Shown here in pieces: positions 10,426 through 18,927 of a stretch of 64,000 nucleotides of DNA. The stretch spans positions 654,970 to 718,969 of the forward strand of contig CBDCLO010000002.1 in NCBI GenBank assembly GCA_965218725.1. The letters run 5' to 3'. Positions within the stretch are counted from its first letter, which is position 1. Each line of letters begins with the position of its first letter. The notes under the pieces are model-generated. The model did no database searches. It saw only the letters and a list, made by a program, of their open reading frames with translations, and was not told where the DNA came from. The DNA is from Nitrosopumilaceae archaeon (GTDB lineage: Archaea; Thermoproteota; Nitrososphaeria; Nitrososphaerales; Nitrosopumilaceae). Made by a program: the position numbers and the translations under genes.

Positions 10426-11073
10426 ATGCCGGTTACTGAAATAGTGCGAGAGATAATAACTAGAAATAGATCAATCTATGATTGTATGAAAATGGATATA
10501 ATTAATTATACTGCACTTGCTGTAAAAATCCATCAAGATGTTGAAAAGCAGCTAGAAAATACTGTCAATTTAAATACAATTGTTGTTGCAATAAAACGAT
10601 ACTCAGATTCTTTTGAACAAAAATCAGACATAAAAGAAGAATCAATTTTAAAAAATGCCAGATTGTCTTTAACAAATAAAATTATGGATATAAGGTTATC
10701 TTTGGATGTATTCGATAACAATGAAGCATCATATATTTTAGACAAATTTTCACAAATAAGATCAGACTATGAATTTTTTAGATTAGCGGATTCACTGCGT
10801 GTTTTAACCGAGGATGATGATGATATTAGAAAACTATTATCTACATTTATAGACGACAAAAATTTGTTCAATACTGGTCTAGCCAAGCTAAAGATAGTTA
10901 TTTCTAATGATAGAAACAGAAATGACATTACGTCATATATTACAGAGTTATTACACAACAACGGAATAGAAATGATAAATGCATTTTTTAGTCAAGACAG
11001 CATCATAATTATATTAGATACCAATGATGCGTCAAGGGCTTATGAAGTATTGCATTCGGATATAAATAAATAG
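10426..11073 (+). CDS. conserved hypothetical protein (possible N-terminal HTH and C-terminal ACT-like fold)
   Basis: 215-aa ORF with normal amino-acid composition; the antisense ORFs are low-complexity. No motif that I can name with confidence. Confidence 0.4.
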   Translation: MPVTEIVREIITRNRSIYDCMKMDIINYTALAVKIHQDVEKQLENTVNLNTIVVAIKRYSDSFEQKSDIKEESILKNARLSLTNKIMDIRLSLDVFDNNEASYILDKFSQIRSDYEFFRLADSLRVLTEDDDDIRKLLSTFIDDKNLFNTGLAKLKIVISNDRNRNDITSYITELLHNNGIEMINAFFSQDSIIIILDTNDASRAYEVLHSDINK

Positions 11074-11076
11074 CAG

Positions 11077-11400
11077 CTAAATACCAATATTCTCTGCCTT
11101 AGTTAATTCTAAGTATACTTTATCACCAACAGACAGATCAAGTTCTTTATATTCATGCATATCAAGCTTCATTGACGTAACAGCTCCAGGTGCTCCTGAT
11201 GAACCTCCTGACAACATTTTGTTAAGTCCTTTCATCATATCATCCATATTAGAAAAACCCACCATATTAGTTCCAAACGGTGATGAAAGTGGTTGTTGGT
11301 TGTTTTCTTTAAAATCTTTACTAGATGACAAAAATAATACCACGTAAGGAGAACCATCAGGTGATGCATCTATACGCATCACAACATACTCTTTTTTCAT
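11077..11400 (-). CDS. hypothetical protein
   Basis: 107-aa ORF with balanced composition and a Gly/Ser-rich central linker. Confidence 0.4.
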   Translation of the reverse strand: MKKEYVVMRIDASPDGSPYVVLFLSSSKDFKENNQQPLSSPFGTNMVGFSNMDDMMKGLNKMLSGGSSGAPGAVTSMKLDMHEYKELDLSVGDKVYLELTKAENIGI

Positions 11401-11534
11401 AAGTTGTGTGTAATTTATGGTTATTTTATTGTTCTTATAATATACAAAGCTGTATAAAATAACGTGGATTTTATAATTTAGTTTTTATATAAAAATATAT
11501 TAAATTATTTTATTGAATAAAACAAAAAAAGAAA

Positions 11535-12026
11535 ATGGACTGTGATGAAAAAATTAAAACCCATATTATCTCTGTATGGATGGAAAATAGGAGATGGATC
11601 ACATTGGGAGGAACTGAAGGAATGTTGTTCTTAACTGATAGACACATGATGTTTGTTCATAAAACTAAAGCAAAAATAAAGTGGTGGCGAGCAGTAGCTG
11701 ATAGACAAATTACTCATATCTTAAAAACAAAGAATATAATGACTAAAAATGATGGATACAAAGAAACTGACTTAATAAATGATTTGAAAGATGAACGAAA
11801 TTTAGAACTGCAGCTTAGTGACATTATTGATATAAATCATGAAGAAAAAATATGGGGAAGTGTATTAAATCTGGTGTTTATTAGTAAAAAAAACAAAAAA
11901 ACTAAATGTAGATTTTCAATAGCTAGTGATTGGGTCAAATACCCATTAAAAGATCCTATAAAATATATGAAAGTTGATTGGGAACCATTTGTAGAATATA
12001 TAAAAACTAAAATAGAAATAAAATGA
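11535..12026 (+). CDS. hypothetical protein (PH/GRAM-like motif LFLTDRHMMFVHK)
   Basis: 163-aa ORF whose stop overlaps the cbiE start by 4 nt (ATGA). Confidence 0.4.
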   Translation: MDCDEKIKTHIISVWMENRRWITLGGTEGMLFLTDRHMMFVHKTKAKIKWWRAVADRQITHILKTKNIMTKNDGYKETDLINDLKDERNLELQLSDIIDINHEEKIWGSVLNLVFISKKNKKTKCRFSIASDWVKYPLKDPIKYMKVDWEPFVEYIKTKIEIK

Positions 12027-12727
12027 ATTGTGTTTCTGTTATAGGTGTAGGTCCAGGCTCAGATAGATATATCACAAGTATCACAAAAAATATAATTTTA
12101 GAATCAGATATAGTAGTTGGATATAAATTTACATTAGAGACTATAAAAAACCTAATAAAAAATAAGATAGTGTATGAAGTGACAATAAGAAATCAGGAAG
12201 AAATTTATAATAAGATAAAGAAAACAATAAAAAACAAAAAAATTGTAATTCCTTTTACAGGAGATGTAAATTTTTCAGAGTCAGAGATAGTAGACAGGCT
12301 AATAGAGATATTTGGTGATGTAAATATACTTCCTGGTATAAGCTCTGTTCAAGTAGCTGCATCAAAATCTAAAGTGCCAATTGATAAGGCAAAAGTGATT
12401 ACTTTCCATGTTTCAACATCTATAGAATATAAAAAAATAGAACTACAAAAAGCACTATTAGATGGATTTAGTGTGATAATACTTCCAAGACCGTGGCCAA
12501 CAAAACAAAAAAATCAATTCATGCAGTCTGATATTGCATATTATCTTAAAAAAAGTGGTTTTGATACAACAAAATTAAAAGTGTTTGTTTATGAATTGTT
12601 AACCACTTGTAAAGAGAAAACATTTGTTGGAACAGTGAAAGATCTGGAAGATAGGACTTTTTCTGATTTATCTATAATTGTGATAGACCAAACAAAACTA
12701 GAATCATATAGCAGTATAAATAGGTGA
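12023..12727 (+). CDS. cbiE: tetrapyrrole methylase, probable cobalt-precorrin-7 C5-methyltransferase CbiE
   Basis: N-terminus VSVIGVGPGSDRYIT...SDIVVGYK fits the CbiE-type GxGPG methylase. cbiT/L/F/H lie elsewhere in the window. Confidence 0.55.
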   Translation: MNCVSVIGVGPGSDRYITSITKNIILESDIVVGYKFTLETIKNLIKNKIVYEVTIRNQEEIYNKIKKTIKNKKIVIPFTGDVNFSESEIVDRLIEIFGDVNILPGISSVQVAASKSKVPIDKAKVITFHVSTSIEYKKIELQKALLDGFSVIILPRPWPTKQKNQFMQSDIAYYLKKSGFDTTKLKVFVYELLTTCKEKTFVGTVKDLEDRTFSDLSIIVIDQTKLESYSSINR

Positions 12728-12791
12728 CATCATGTATGGTTGATGTTTTTGTTTTCTAGTTTGTTTGTGTACTAATCAGGTATTAATAGAT

Positions 12792-13343
12792 TCATATGGA
12801 TCCATTTTCTAACAATGTTAACATATATGCCTCTAGTATTCCTCCAGACAATAGTAATAGTATAACCACAAAAACTTCTATTAATGAGGTTTTAATGTCG
12901 GATATCAATAATATGTTTTTAATAATTTTATATGACAGGATAAAACTTCTTGACATTGCAATGGAATATGCAGTTAGTTCTAATATCCCAAACGGTGTAA
13001 AATATAGTAAACCAAGCGGATGTATGTGAGCTAGCGTAGGTTTAATAGATTCCAATGCAGCAAATGCATATCCAGTTGACCATGATGAAAATAAACCCCA
13101 GATAATACCTATACCTGGTATAAACATTGGTAAAGCTATAGTTGTATTATGCAAGAATATGCCTATATGGTCAATTTCTTTAATTATTTTATTAAATTCA
13201 TTAAGGAGCTCTTTTGCATCATCTTTATGTACTTTGTTTTCAGTACCTAGATAATATGAAATAGTAAATACCACAAGAAACGCAAAAAAAAACAAGACTC
13301 GTTTAAATGATGACATTTTTACTATATCTAATAGTACTTTCAC
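12792..13343 (-). CDS. SpoIIM/DUF95-family integral membrane protein
   Basis: FLHNTTIALPMFIPGIGIIWGLFSSWSTGYAF plus 4-5 TM helices. The start could be GTG 13343 or ATG 13316. Confidence 0.45.
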   Translation of the reverse strand: MKVLLDIVKMSSFKRVLFFFAFLVVFTISYYLGTENKVHKDDAKELLNEFNKIIKEIDHIGIFLHNTTIALPMFIPGIGIIWGLFSSWSTGYAFAALESIKPTLAHIHPLGLLYFTPFGILELTAYSIAMSRSFILSYKIIKNILLISDIKTSLIEVFVVILLLLSGGILEAYMLTLLENGSI

Positions 13344-13365
13344 TGAAGTATAATATATTTATTCA

Positions 13366-14793
13366 ATGGTTGTGCTAAATGATATGAATAAAAACTTTGT
13401 ATATATTTTAAATTATGCATTAAAAAATGGTTTTCAGGTTAATCCAGACATAGTAAATGTGTTAGACATGTTGGATATAAATACAATAAAGAATACCATA
13501 AAAAAAATAATTGCAGAAAAGACTAGTAGAAGTGAGTTTATAATAGGAAAAAAAGATTTTAAAAAATATTTAAATAGTAATGAGGAGCTTATGTGCAGGT
13601 ATGAGATTTTGTTTGATCCTACAAAGCATGGTACTTCTGGTGAGGGTATAAACGGATATTATTCATTATTCAAAAATCGATTTATAAAATTAAAAAAAAT
13701 AGCTAAAGAGAGACCCGAACTAAAACAAATTAAAACATCTCTAACAAGCATAAAAAATACCCATATCGTATATGTATATGGTCTACTACTAGAACGCAAA
13801 ATAGAAAAAAAGTTTACGAGATTAATCATGGATGATATTAATAGTTTAAGAGAAGTACTTGTTTTTAGTGAGAACATAAAAAATATTGCAGACAAACTTT
13901 TTTTAGATCAATTCATTATTGTAAAAATCAAAACAAGTAATTGTGGTAATGATGTATGTAAAGATATAATAGTTCCAGATATACCAAAACACAAACATAA
14001 TAAATCAGAAACTGAAACATGTGCAGTCTTTTTATCAGATTTACATATAGGTAGTAAATATTTTATGGAGAAAGAATTAAGTAGTTTCATAGATTGGCTA
14101 ACCAGCGACGATCATATTGCAAAAAAAATTCGTTTTATTATAATTGCAGGGGATCTAATAGATGGTGTAGGTGTATATCCAAATCAGGAAACTGAGCTAG
14201 AACTCAAAAGTATAGACAAGCAAATAAAAAAAGCTGTTGATGTTTTGGTGACAATACCAAAACACATAAAGATTTTTATAATTCCAGGCAATCACGATCC
14301 AGGAAGAAAAGCACTACCACAACCAGCAATATCAGAAAAATTCAAGTTGTTGTGGAATAATGAAAACATTATTTTAATTGGAAATCCTTGTCTAATTGCT
14401 TTTAATGGGGTAAAAATATTAGTTTATCATGGACAAAGTATAGATGACATAGTAAGTTGTACTTCTGGACTAAATTATAAAAAACCAACTGATGCTATGA
14501 AAATGATATTGCGTACAAGACATATGTGCCCAACATATGGAAGCAAAACTCAGTTAGCACCAGAACTTGATGACATGTTAGTGGTTGACGAGATACCTGA
14601 TATTTTCCATACTGGACATATTCACATTACTGATTTTAACAGCTATCGCGGAATATTATTAATAAATTCCGGCACATGGCAAAAACAGACCCCGTTTCAA
14701 GCAGCTATAGGAGTTGTTCCAACACCAGGAATTGCCGTAATTGTAAACCTAAAAACATTTAAAGTATACTTAAATAGTTTTATAAAATCATAG
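13366..14793 (+). CDS. polD1: DNA polymerase II (PolD) small subunit DP1
   Basis: Calcineurin-like phosphoesterase motifs: FLSDLHIGS, AGDLIDGVGVYP, IPGNHD, YHGQS, TGHIH. Has an N-terminal extension and is the size of DP1. Confidence 0.85.
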   Translation: MVVLNDMNKNFVYILNYALKNGFQVNPDIVNVLDMLDINTIKNTIKKIIAEKTSRSEFIIGKKDFKKYLNSNEELMCRYEILFDPTKHGTSGEGINGYYSLFKNRFIKLKKIAKERPELKQIKTSLTSIKNTHIVYVYGLLLERKIEKKFTRLIMDDINSLREVLVFSENIKNIADKLFLDQFIIVKIKTSNCGNDVCKDIIVPDIPKHKHNKSETETCAVFLSDLHIGSKYFMEKELSSFIDWLTSDDHIAKKIRFIIIAGDLIDGVGVYPNQETELELKSIDKQIKKAVDVLVTIPKHIKIFIIPGNHDPGRKALPQPAISEKFKLLWNNENIILIGNPCLIAFNGVKILVYHGQSIDDIVSCTSGLNYKKPTDAMKMILRTRHMCPTYGSKTQLAPELDDMLVVDEIPDIFHTGHIHITDFNSYRGILLINSGTWQKQTPFQAAIGVVPTPGIAVIVNLKTFKVYLNSFIKS

Positions 14794-16020
14794 AATATCA
14801 GAAAATGTTATATCATTAATAAACGTATTTTTAATAAGATGTGGTGAGACTAATAAATTATATTTTTTTGTTCTTCCATGAGTACCTTGACTTATTATTC
14901 TTCCTGATATTATGCCTGATAGCTCCAATTCATTAAGTATCTGTGTTATTCTTCTTTGTGTTAGTTCTTTCTGGCTAATCCGTCTACAATTATCTTTGTA
15001 AATTAAATAAATTTCGCCAGTAGAAAATTTCATGTATTTCAGCATAGAAATAATTAGGAGTTTTTCATGTAATGAGTATGATCTAAGTGCTGTGATTTCT
15101 TTATCTTCTTCCATTTTTTTGTAGGCTGATTTTACATGCTCCTTCTTTACTAAATCAGATTGTTCTCTTTCAGCTATTTCACCAGCTATGCGTAAAAGAT
15201 CTATAGCACGTCTTGCGTCACCGTGTTCTCTTCCTGCAAGAGCTGAGCAGAGATTTAGTGCTGATTCGTCTACACTGTTTGATACAAATGCATGTTTAAT
15301 TCTATCTTGAAGTATTTCTTTTATTTGATATACGTTATAGTTAGGGAAGATTATTTCTTCTTCACTCAAACTACTAATCACCCTAGGATCTAGTCTTTCT
15401 TTGAAAGTAAGATCATTAGAAATTCCAATAAGTGTAAGTGATCCATTATTAATTCTTTCATTAGCTCTGGTCAATTGATATAAAACATCTTTTCCTGTTT
15501 TAGATACAAGATCTGCTAAATTATCTATTTCATCAATAACAAAAACTGTGTTAAATTTATTATCAGTAATTGTTTTAATAATACGATTAAAAACCATACT
15601 GATAGATAACCCGGTTTTGGGTAACCAATCATCATTATGTTTTGTTGGTTTGGTAGATTTTAATCCTAACTGGATGCCACAACTAACTAATAAACCATAT
15701 AACGTCATTTCGTCTTTAGAGTTTGTGTAAACAAGTTTCACAGGAAACTTGTTTTCTTTCTCATTATCATCTTTTATTAGTCCTAGTATTTTTTTAACAA
15801 CTAGGGTTTTTCCTGTACCAGGTTTCCCATAAATTAAAAGATTAGATGATCTAGATTGTTTTAATATTGGTGATAAAGCTTGTAAAACTTTTTCTTGCTC
15901 ATCTTTTCTATGTAAGATTACATTTGGTAGATATGAGAAATGTAAAACGCTTCTATTTTTTAAAATTGATGTGCCACTTTTTATAGTATTTAATAATTTC
16001 TTAAGTGATTCATCAGACAT
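14788..16020 (-). CDS. cdc6: Orc1/Cdc6 replication initiator
   Basis: Walker A IYGKPGTGKT, Walker B VFVIDEID, and a C-terminal winged helix. I prefer ATG 16020 over the GTG at 16026. The 3' end overlaps the DP1 3' end by 6 nt (convergent). Confidence 0.9.
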   Translation of the reverse strand: MSDESLKKLLNTIKSGTSILKNRSVLHFSYLPNVILHRKDEQEKVLQALSPILKQSRSSNLLIYGKPGTGKTLVVKKILGLIKDDNEKENKFPVKLVYTNSKDEMTLYGLLVSCGIQLGLKSTKPTKHNDDWLPKTGLSISMVFNRIIKTITDNKFNTVFVIDEIDNLADLVSKTGKDVLYQLTRANERINNGSLTLIGISNDLTFKERLDPRVISSLSEEEIIFPNYNVYQIKEILQDRIKHAFVSNSVDESALNLCSALAGREHGDARRAIDLLRIAGEIAEREQSDLVKKEHVKSAYKKMEEDKEITALRSYSLHEKLLIISMLKYMKFSTGEIYLIYKDNCRRISQKELTQRRITQILNELELSGIISGRIISQGTHGRTKKYNLLVSPHLIKNTFINDITFSDIL

Positions 16021-16132
16021 ACACACCTTGATTTCATTATTGATTTAATAAATAATGAATCAATATGTTTAATGAATTTTATTAAAAATAATATTTAATA
16101 TAGAACCAAATGAAATTATGGTGTGTGTATAA

Positions 16133-16145
16133 TTAACAGTGTTAA
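16133..16145. repeat. 13-bp perfect palindrome TTAACAGTGTTAA, copy 1
   Basis: Read directly from the sequence; identical to 16216-16228. Confidence 0.95.
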
Positions 16146-16177
16146 TATCTGTTAATTTACTCATTTTTAAGAACTAG

Positions 16178-16200
16178 AACCCCAGTATTTCCACTCCAGA
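16178..16200 (-). promoter_or_regulatory. ORB-like (origin recognition box) element
   Basis: The minus strand reads TCTGGAGTGGAAATACTGGGGTT. This is close to the archaeal ORB core TCCAGTGGAAA followed by a G-string, as I recall it from Sulfolobus and Pyrococcus origins. Confidence 0.45.
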
Positions 16201-16215
16201 TATGAAAAAATCACG

Positions 16216-16228
16216 TTAACAGTGTTAA
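16216..16228. repeat. 13-bp perfect palindrome TTAACAGTGTTAA, copy 2
   Basis: Read directly from the sequence; identical to 16133-16145. Confidence 0.95.
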
Positions 16229-16342
16229 AATTATAGATATTGTTCTTTTAGAGACTAATCCATATATTTCTAGTTTGGATTTTTACTATAATTATTTTAT
16301 TGTTAAAATATTTGTTAATTTCAAATTAATTCATACTCAATA

Positions 16343-16362
16343 TTAACAAACAATTTTGTTAA
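16343..16362. repeat. palindrome TTAACAAA-CAAT-TTTGTTAA (8-bp arms)
   Basis: Read directly from the sequence. Uses the same TGTTAA half-site as the 13-mers. Confidence 0.9.
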
Positions 16363-16413
16363 CAAATATGATTTTTATTACTGAAGTGTTAAAATAACTT
16401 TTTAGATATTATT

Positions 16414-16803
16414 ATGGTTAAAAAAAGAATTAAAATAGATTTGAAAGATAATGATGGAGTTAAATATAATTTCAATCTTGAAGGTGATATCGATAAAAAT
16501 AAAATTATTAGGATATTTGAATTAATGGATTTATTAAATATAAAAGAAACACATGAAAAAATACACAATAGAAATTCTATTGGTTCTATGATCTGGAATA
16601 TTATTAACAAATATTTTTTTTCTGCTAGATTTACTTCCACCATGGTCCTAGAAAAGTTTGAAGATGAATACAATAAACCAATTAAGCTTAGTATTGTATC
16701 AACTTATCTAGCACGATTTTTTTTAAAAGATAAAATTTTACGCTCAAAATCTGGTAGAGAGTGGACCTATGAAATTAGAAAATTAGTTGCTTTTAATTCC
16801 TAA
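16414..16803 (+). CDS. hypothetical small protein with C-terminal winged-helix-like region
   Basis: 129 aa. The C-terminal segment FTSTMVLEKFEDEYNKPIKLSIVSTYLARFFLKDKILRSKSGREWTYE looks like a wHTH. The overlapping minus-strand ORF 16389..16673 is low-complexity. Confidence 0.4.
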   Translation: MVKKRIKIDLKDNDGVKYNFNLEGDIDKNKIIRIFELMDLLNIKETHEKIHNRNSIGSMIWNIINKYFFSARFTSTMVLEKFEDEYNKPIKLSIVSTYLARFFLKDKILRSKSGREWTYEIRKLVAFNS

Positions 16804-17310
16804 CTTTTGTTTTCCTTCTTCTGTAATTATATAACTATACGGTTTACTATTAGTATTTCTTTCTACACACTCTTCATCATGTAATTTCTTCATTAGCCTT
16901 GCTACATGTTCCCTAGATTTTTTTAAATTATTTTGTATATCACGTGATGTTAGTGATTTATCACGTAATAAATTCAAAATTTTTAGCTTTACATATTTAT
17001 TTGCATGACCATCACTAGTAACGTCAAATTGTTTATTGTGATTTGAACTATGAACTCTCTCATCACGTTTTATATACAAAACTTTTTTTTGTTCATTTTC
17101 AATTCCTATTTCCTCTAGTTTGATTTTAATATCAATTAAGTAGTCTTCGTAGTATCTTAGTCTGTTTTTTACTTCTAATCGTCTCTCACTATCTTTTTTT
17201 GCTAATATTATATTTACTGATACTGAAATTGAAATGCTAACTATTAATGTCAATAAAACAGTACTTGTTATTATTTGATTAAATTCAATTATCACAGTGA
17301 TTAATATCAC
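16783..17310 (-). CDS. membrane-anchored MarR/ArsR-like winged-helix regulator
   Basis: N-terminal TM helix, a coiled coil, then KILNLLRDKSLTSRDIQNNLKKSREHVARLMKKLHDEECVER...YIITEEGKQKL. GTG start. Confidence 0.5.
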   Translation of the reverse strand: MILITVIIEFNQIITSTVLLTLIVSISISVSVNIILAKKDSERRLEVKNRLRYYEDYLIDIKIKLEEIGIENEQKKVLYIKRDERVHSSNHNKQFDVTSDGHANKYVKLKILNLLRDKSLTSRDIQNNLKKSREHVARLMKKLHDEECVERNTNSKPYSYIITEEGKQKLGIKSN

Positions 17311-17364
17311 ACTAAACTATAAATATGATATGATTATTTTTAGTTTAGTATAATTAAGCCTAAT

Positions 17365-17733
17365 TTATATCGTATTGATCTTGTTTATTAAATTATTTAT
17401 CACAAACGTGATTTTATTTTTATTATTTATATTACTGCTAAATCTTATTATTGATATTTGCTTGCTTATTTGGTTTATTGTCTCCATACTATTACTATTT
17501 ATCAATTCAAATGTATGTAATAGAATCAAAGTGTAAAACATTCTGGTTATTTTTATTCTGATCTGTTTTACTTGTCTGTAATATGCTCCTTTTGTTATAA
17601 GAAACTTTTTTCTTTTAATTTTTCTTTTATTTAAAATAATTTCAAATTGTTTGTATGTTAAATGAGATTCTTTTATAATTTCGTCTATTATATTGTTAAA
17701 ATTATTTTTGTTGTTATAAACCAAGATATACAT
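17365..17733 (-). CDS. hypothetical protein, possible HTH (LTYKQFEIILNKRK...ITKGAYYRQVKQIRIKI)
   Basis: 122-aa ORF, very AT-rich. Confidence 0.3.
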   Translation of the reverse strand: MYILVYNNKNNFNNIIDEIIKESHLTYKQFEIILNKRKIKRKKFLITKGAYYRQVKQIRIKITRMFYTLILLHTFELINSNSMETINQISKQISIIRFSSNINNKNKITFVINNLINKINTI

Positions 17734-17785
17734 ATGTGTATAGCTATAATAAATAACTTTTTATTGTTTTAAGCTGAGTTGGTTT

Positions 17786-18535
17786 GTGACTAATGTAGAA
17801 TATGAGCTAAAAAGGGAACTAAAGGAAAAAAAAACATTGGTTTTTGTGCTTATTGACTCTGAAGCCTCTGACACAAATTCAGCGCTGATGCTTGCTAAAG
17901 ATGTAGAAAACGTTGGAGCATCTGCAATTCTAATAGGTGGCTCATCAGCTACAGATCAATTAGAAACCACAAACTTGATAAAAGAACTTAAAAAAATAAT
18001 TACGATACCAGTAATATTGTTTCCAGGGAATGTAACTGGTGTTGTGCACAATGCTGATGCAATTTTGTTTACCACTCTCCTAAATTCTGAAAACTCTTAT
18101 TTTATTACTAAAGCTCAGGCAATATCTGCTCCATTAGTGCTAAAGTTTGGACTTGAAGCTCTCCCTACTGGTTATATTGTAATTGGGACAGGAACATCAG
18201 TTGAATTTATAGGATCAGCAAGAGGCATACCATTTGAAAAATTTAAACTTGCTGTAGCTTATTCTTTGGCGGCAAGGTTTTTTGGGATGAGGTTTGTTTA
18301 TCTTGATGCCGGGTCTGGTTCACATCTTAATATAGAGCCCAAAATGGTAAACGAGGTAAGAAAAATATTTCATGGTTTTTTAATTGTTGGTGGTGGAATA
18401 AAAGATCCTAAAACTGCAAAAAACCTTTCTGATGCTGGTGCTGACATACTGGTGATAAGCACACTGCTAGAAGATAACAATAACATTGACAGACTATCTG
18501 AGATAATAAGATTGCTACAAACAAAAACTCATTAG
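17786..18535 (+). CDS. geranylgeranylglyceryl phosphate synthase (PcrB/GGGPS family)
   Basis: LIDSE, ILIGGS, VILFPGN, YLDAGSG and VGGGI blocks are typical of GGGPS. GTG start. Confidence 0.8.
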   Translation: MTNVEYELKRELKEKKTLVFVLIDSEASDTNSALMLAKDVENVGASAILIGGSSATDQLETTNLIKELKKIITIPVILFPGNVTGVVHNADAILFTTLLNSENSYFITKAQAISAPLVLKFGLEALPTGYIVIGTGTSVEFIGSARGIPFEKFKLAVAYSLAARFFGMRFVYLDAGSGSHLNIEPKMVNEVRKIFHGFLIVGGGIKDPKTAKNLSDAGADILVISTLLEDNNNIDRLSEIIRLLQTKTH

Positions 18536-18539
18536 TAGT

Positions 18540-18923
18540 ATGATAAAAAAAAAAACATTTACATCCAAACTTATAGATTCGATTGATACAAATGAAGTAG
18601 TATCAGATCTGATTACCACACACATAATACCAGACATAGTTGGAAATTTGATGTCATATACTACACAGATTTTTATGTGTGTGTTGTGTGGAAAAAAGTA
18701 TAGGCGTCCTCCACTTTTTCAGCATTGCATATGTGGACATAATATAACCCAAACAGTGACTAGAACATCAATAGAAAAACCCCTTCAATTAGCTGTACGA
18801 CTAATAAAAAAATATTCTGTAGATGACTACATAAAAGATAGAATTATTACGCTGTGTGATGAAATGGAATTGGTTTTTGGAAAAGAAAATAATACACAAC
18901 CATTAATCTCTGATTATATGTAG
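18540..18923 (+). CDS. stand-alone homologue of the PolD large subunit (DP2) C-terminal Zn-finger / DP1-interaction module
   Basis: THIIPDIVGNLMSYTTQIFMCVLCGKKYRRPPLFQHCICGHNITQTVTRTSIEKPLQLAVRLIKKYSV matches my recollection of the DP2 C-terminus ([42 protein letters not shown]). Confidence 0.6.
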   Translation: MIKKKTFTSKLIDSIDTNEVVSDLITTHIIPDIVGNLMSYTTQIFMCVLCGKKYRRPPLFQHCICGHNITQTVTRTSIEKPLQLAVRLIKKYSVDDYIKDRIITLCDEMELVFGKENNTQPLISDYM

Positions 18924-18927
18924 AGAT

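Larger units (their letters stand above)
16027..16413. other. putative chromosomal replication origin (oriC) / shared regulatory region
   Basis: 387-bp non-coding gap directly upstream of orc1/cdc6. It contains one ORB-like element, a ~12% GC stretch (16028-16119) and many palindromic repeats. Confidence 0.55.

Noticed and set aside
16389-16673. Minus-strand 94-aa ORF overlapping 16414..16803
   Set aside because: It is highly repetitive in Ile/Leu/Phe/Ser. The plus-strand product has balanced charge and a wHTH-like C-terminus, so I kept the plus-strand call, though with modest confidence.
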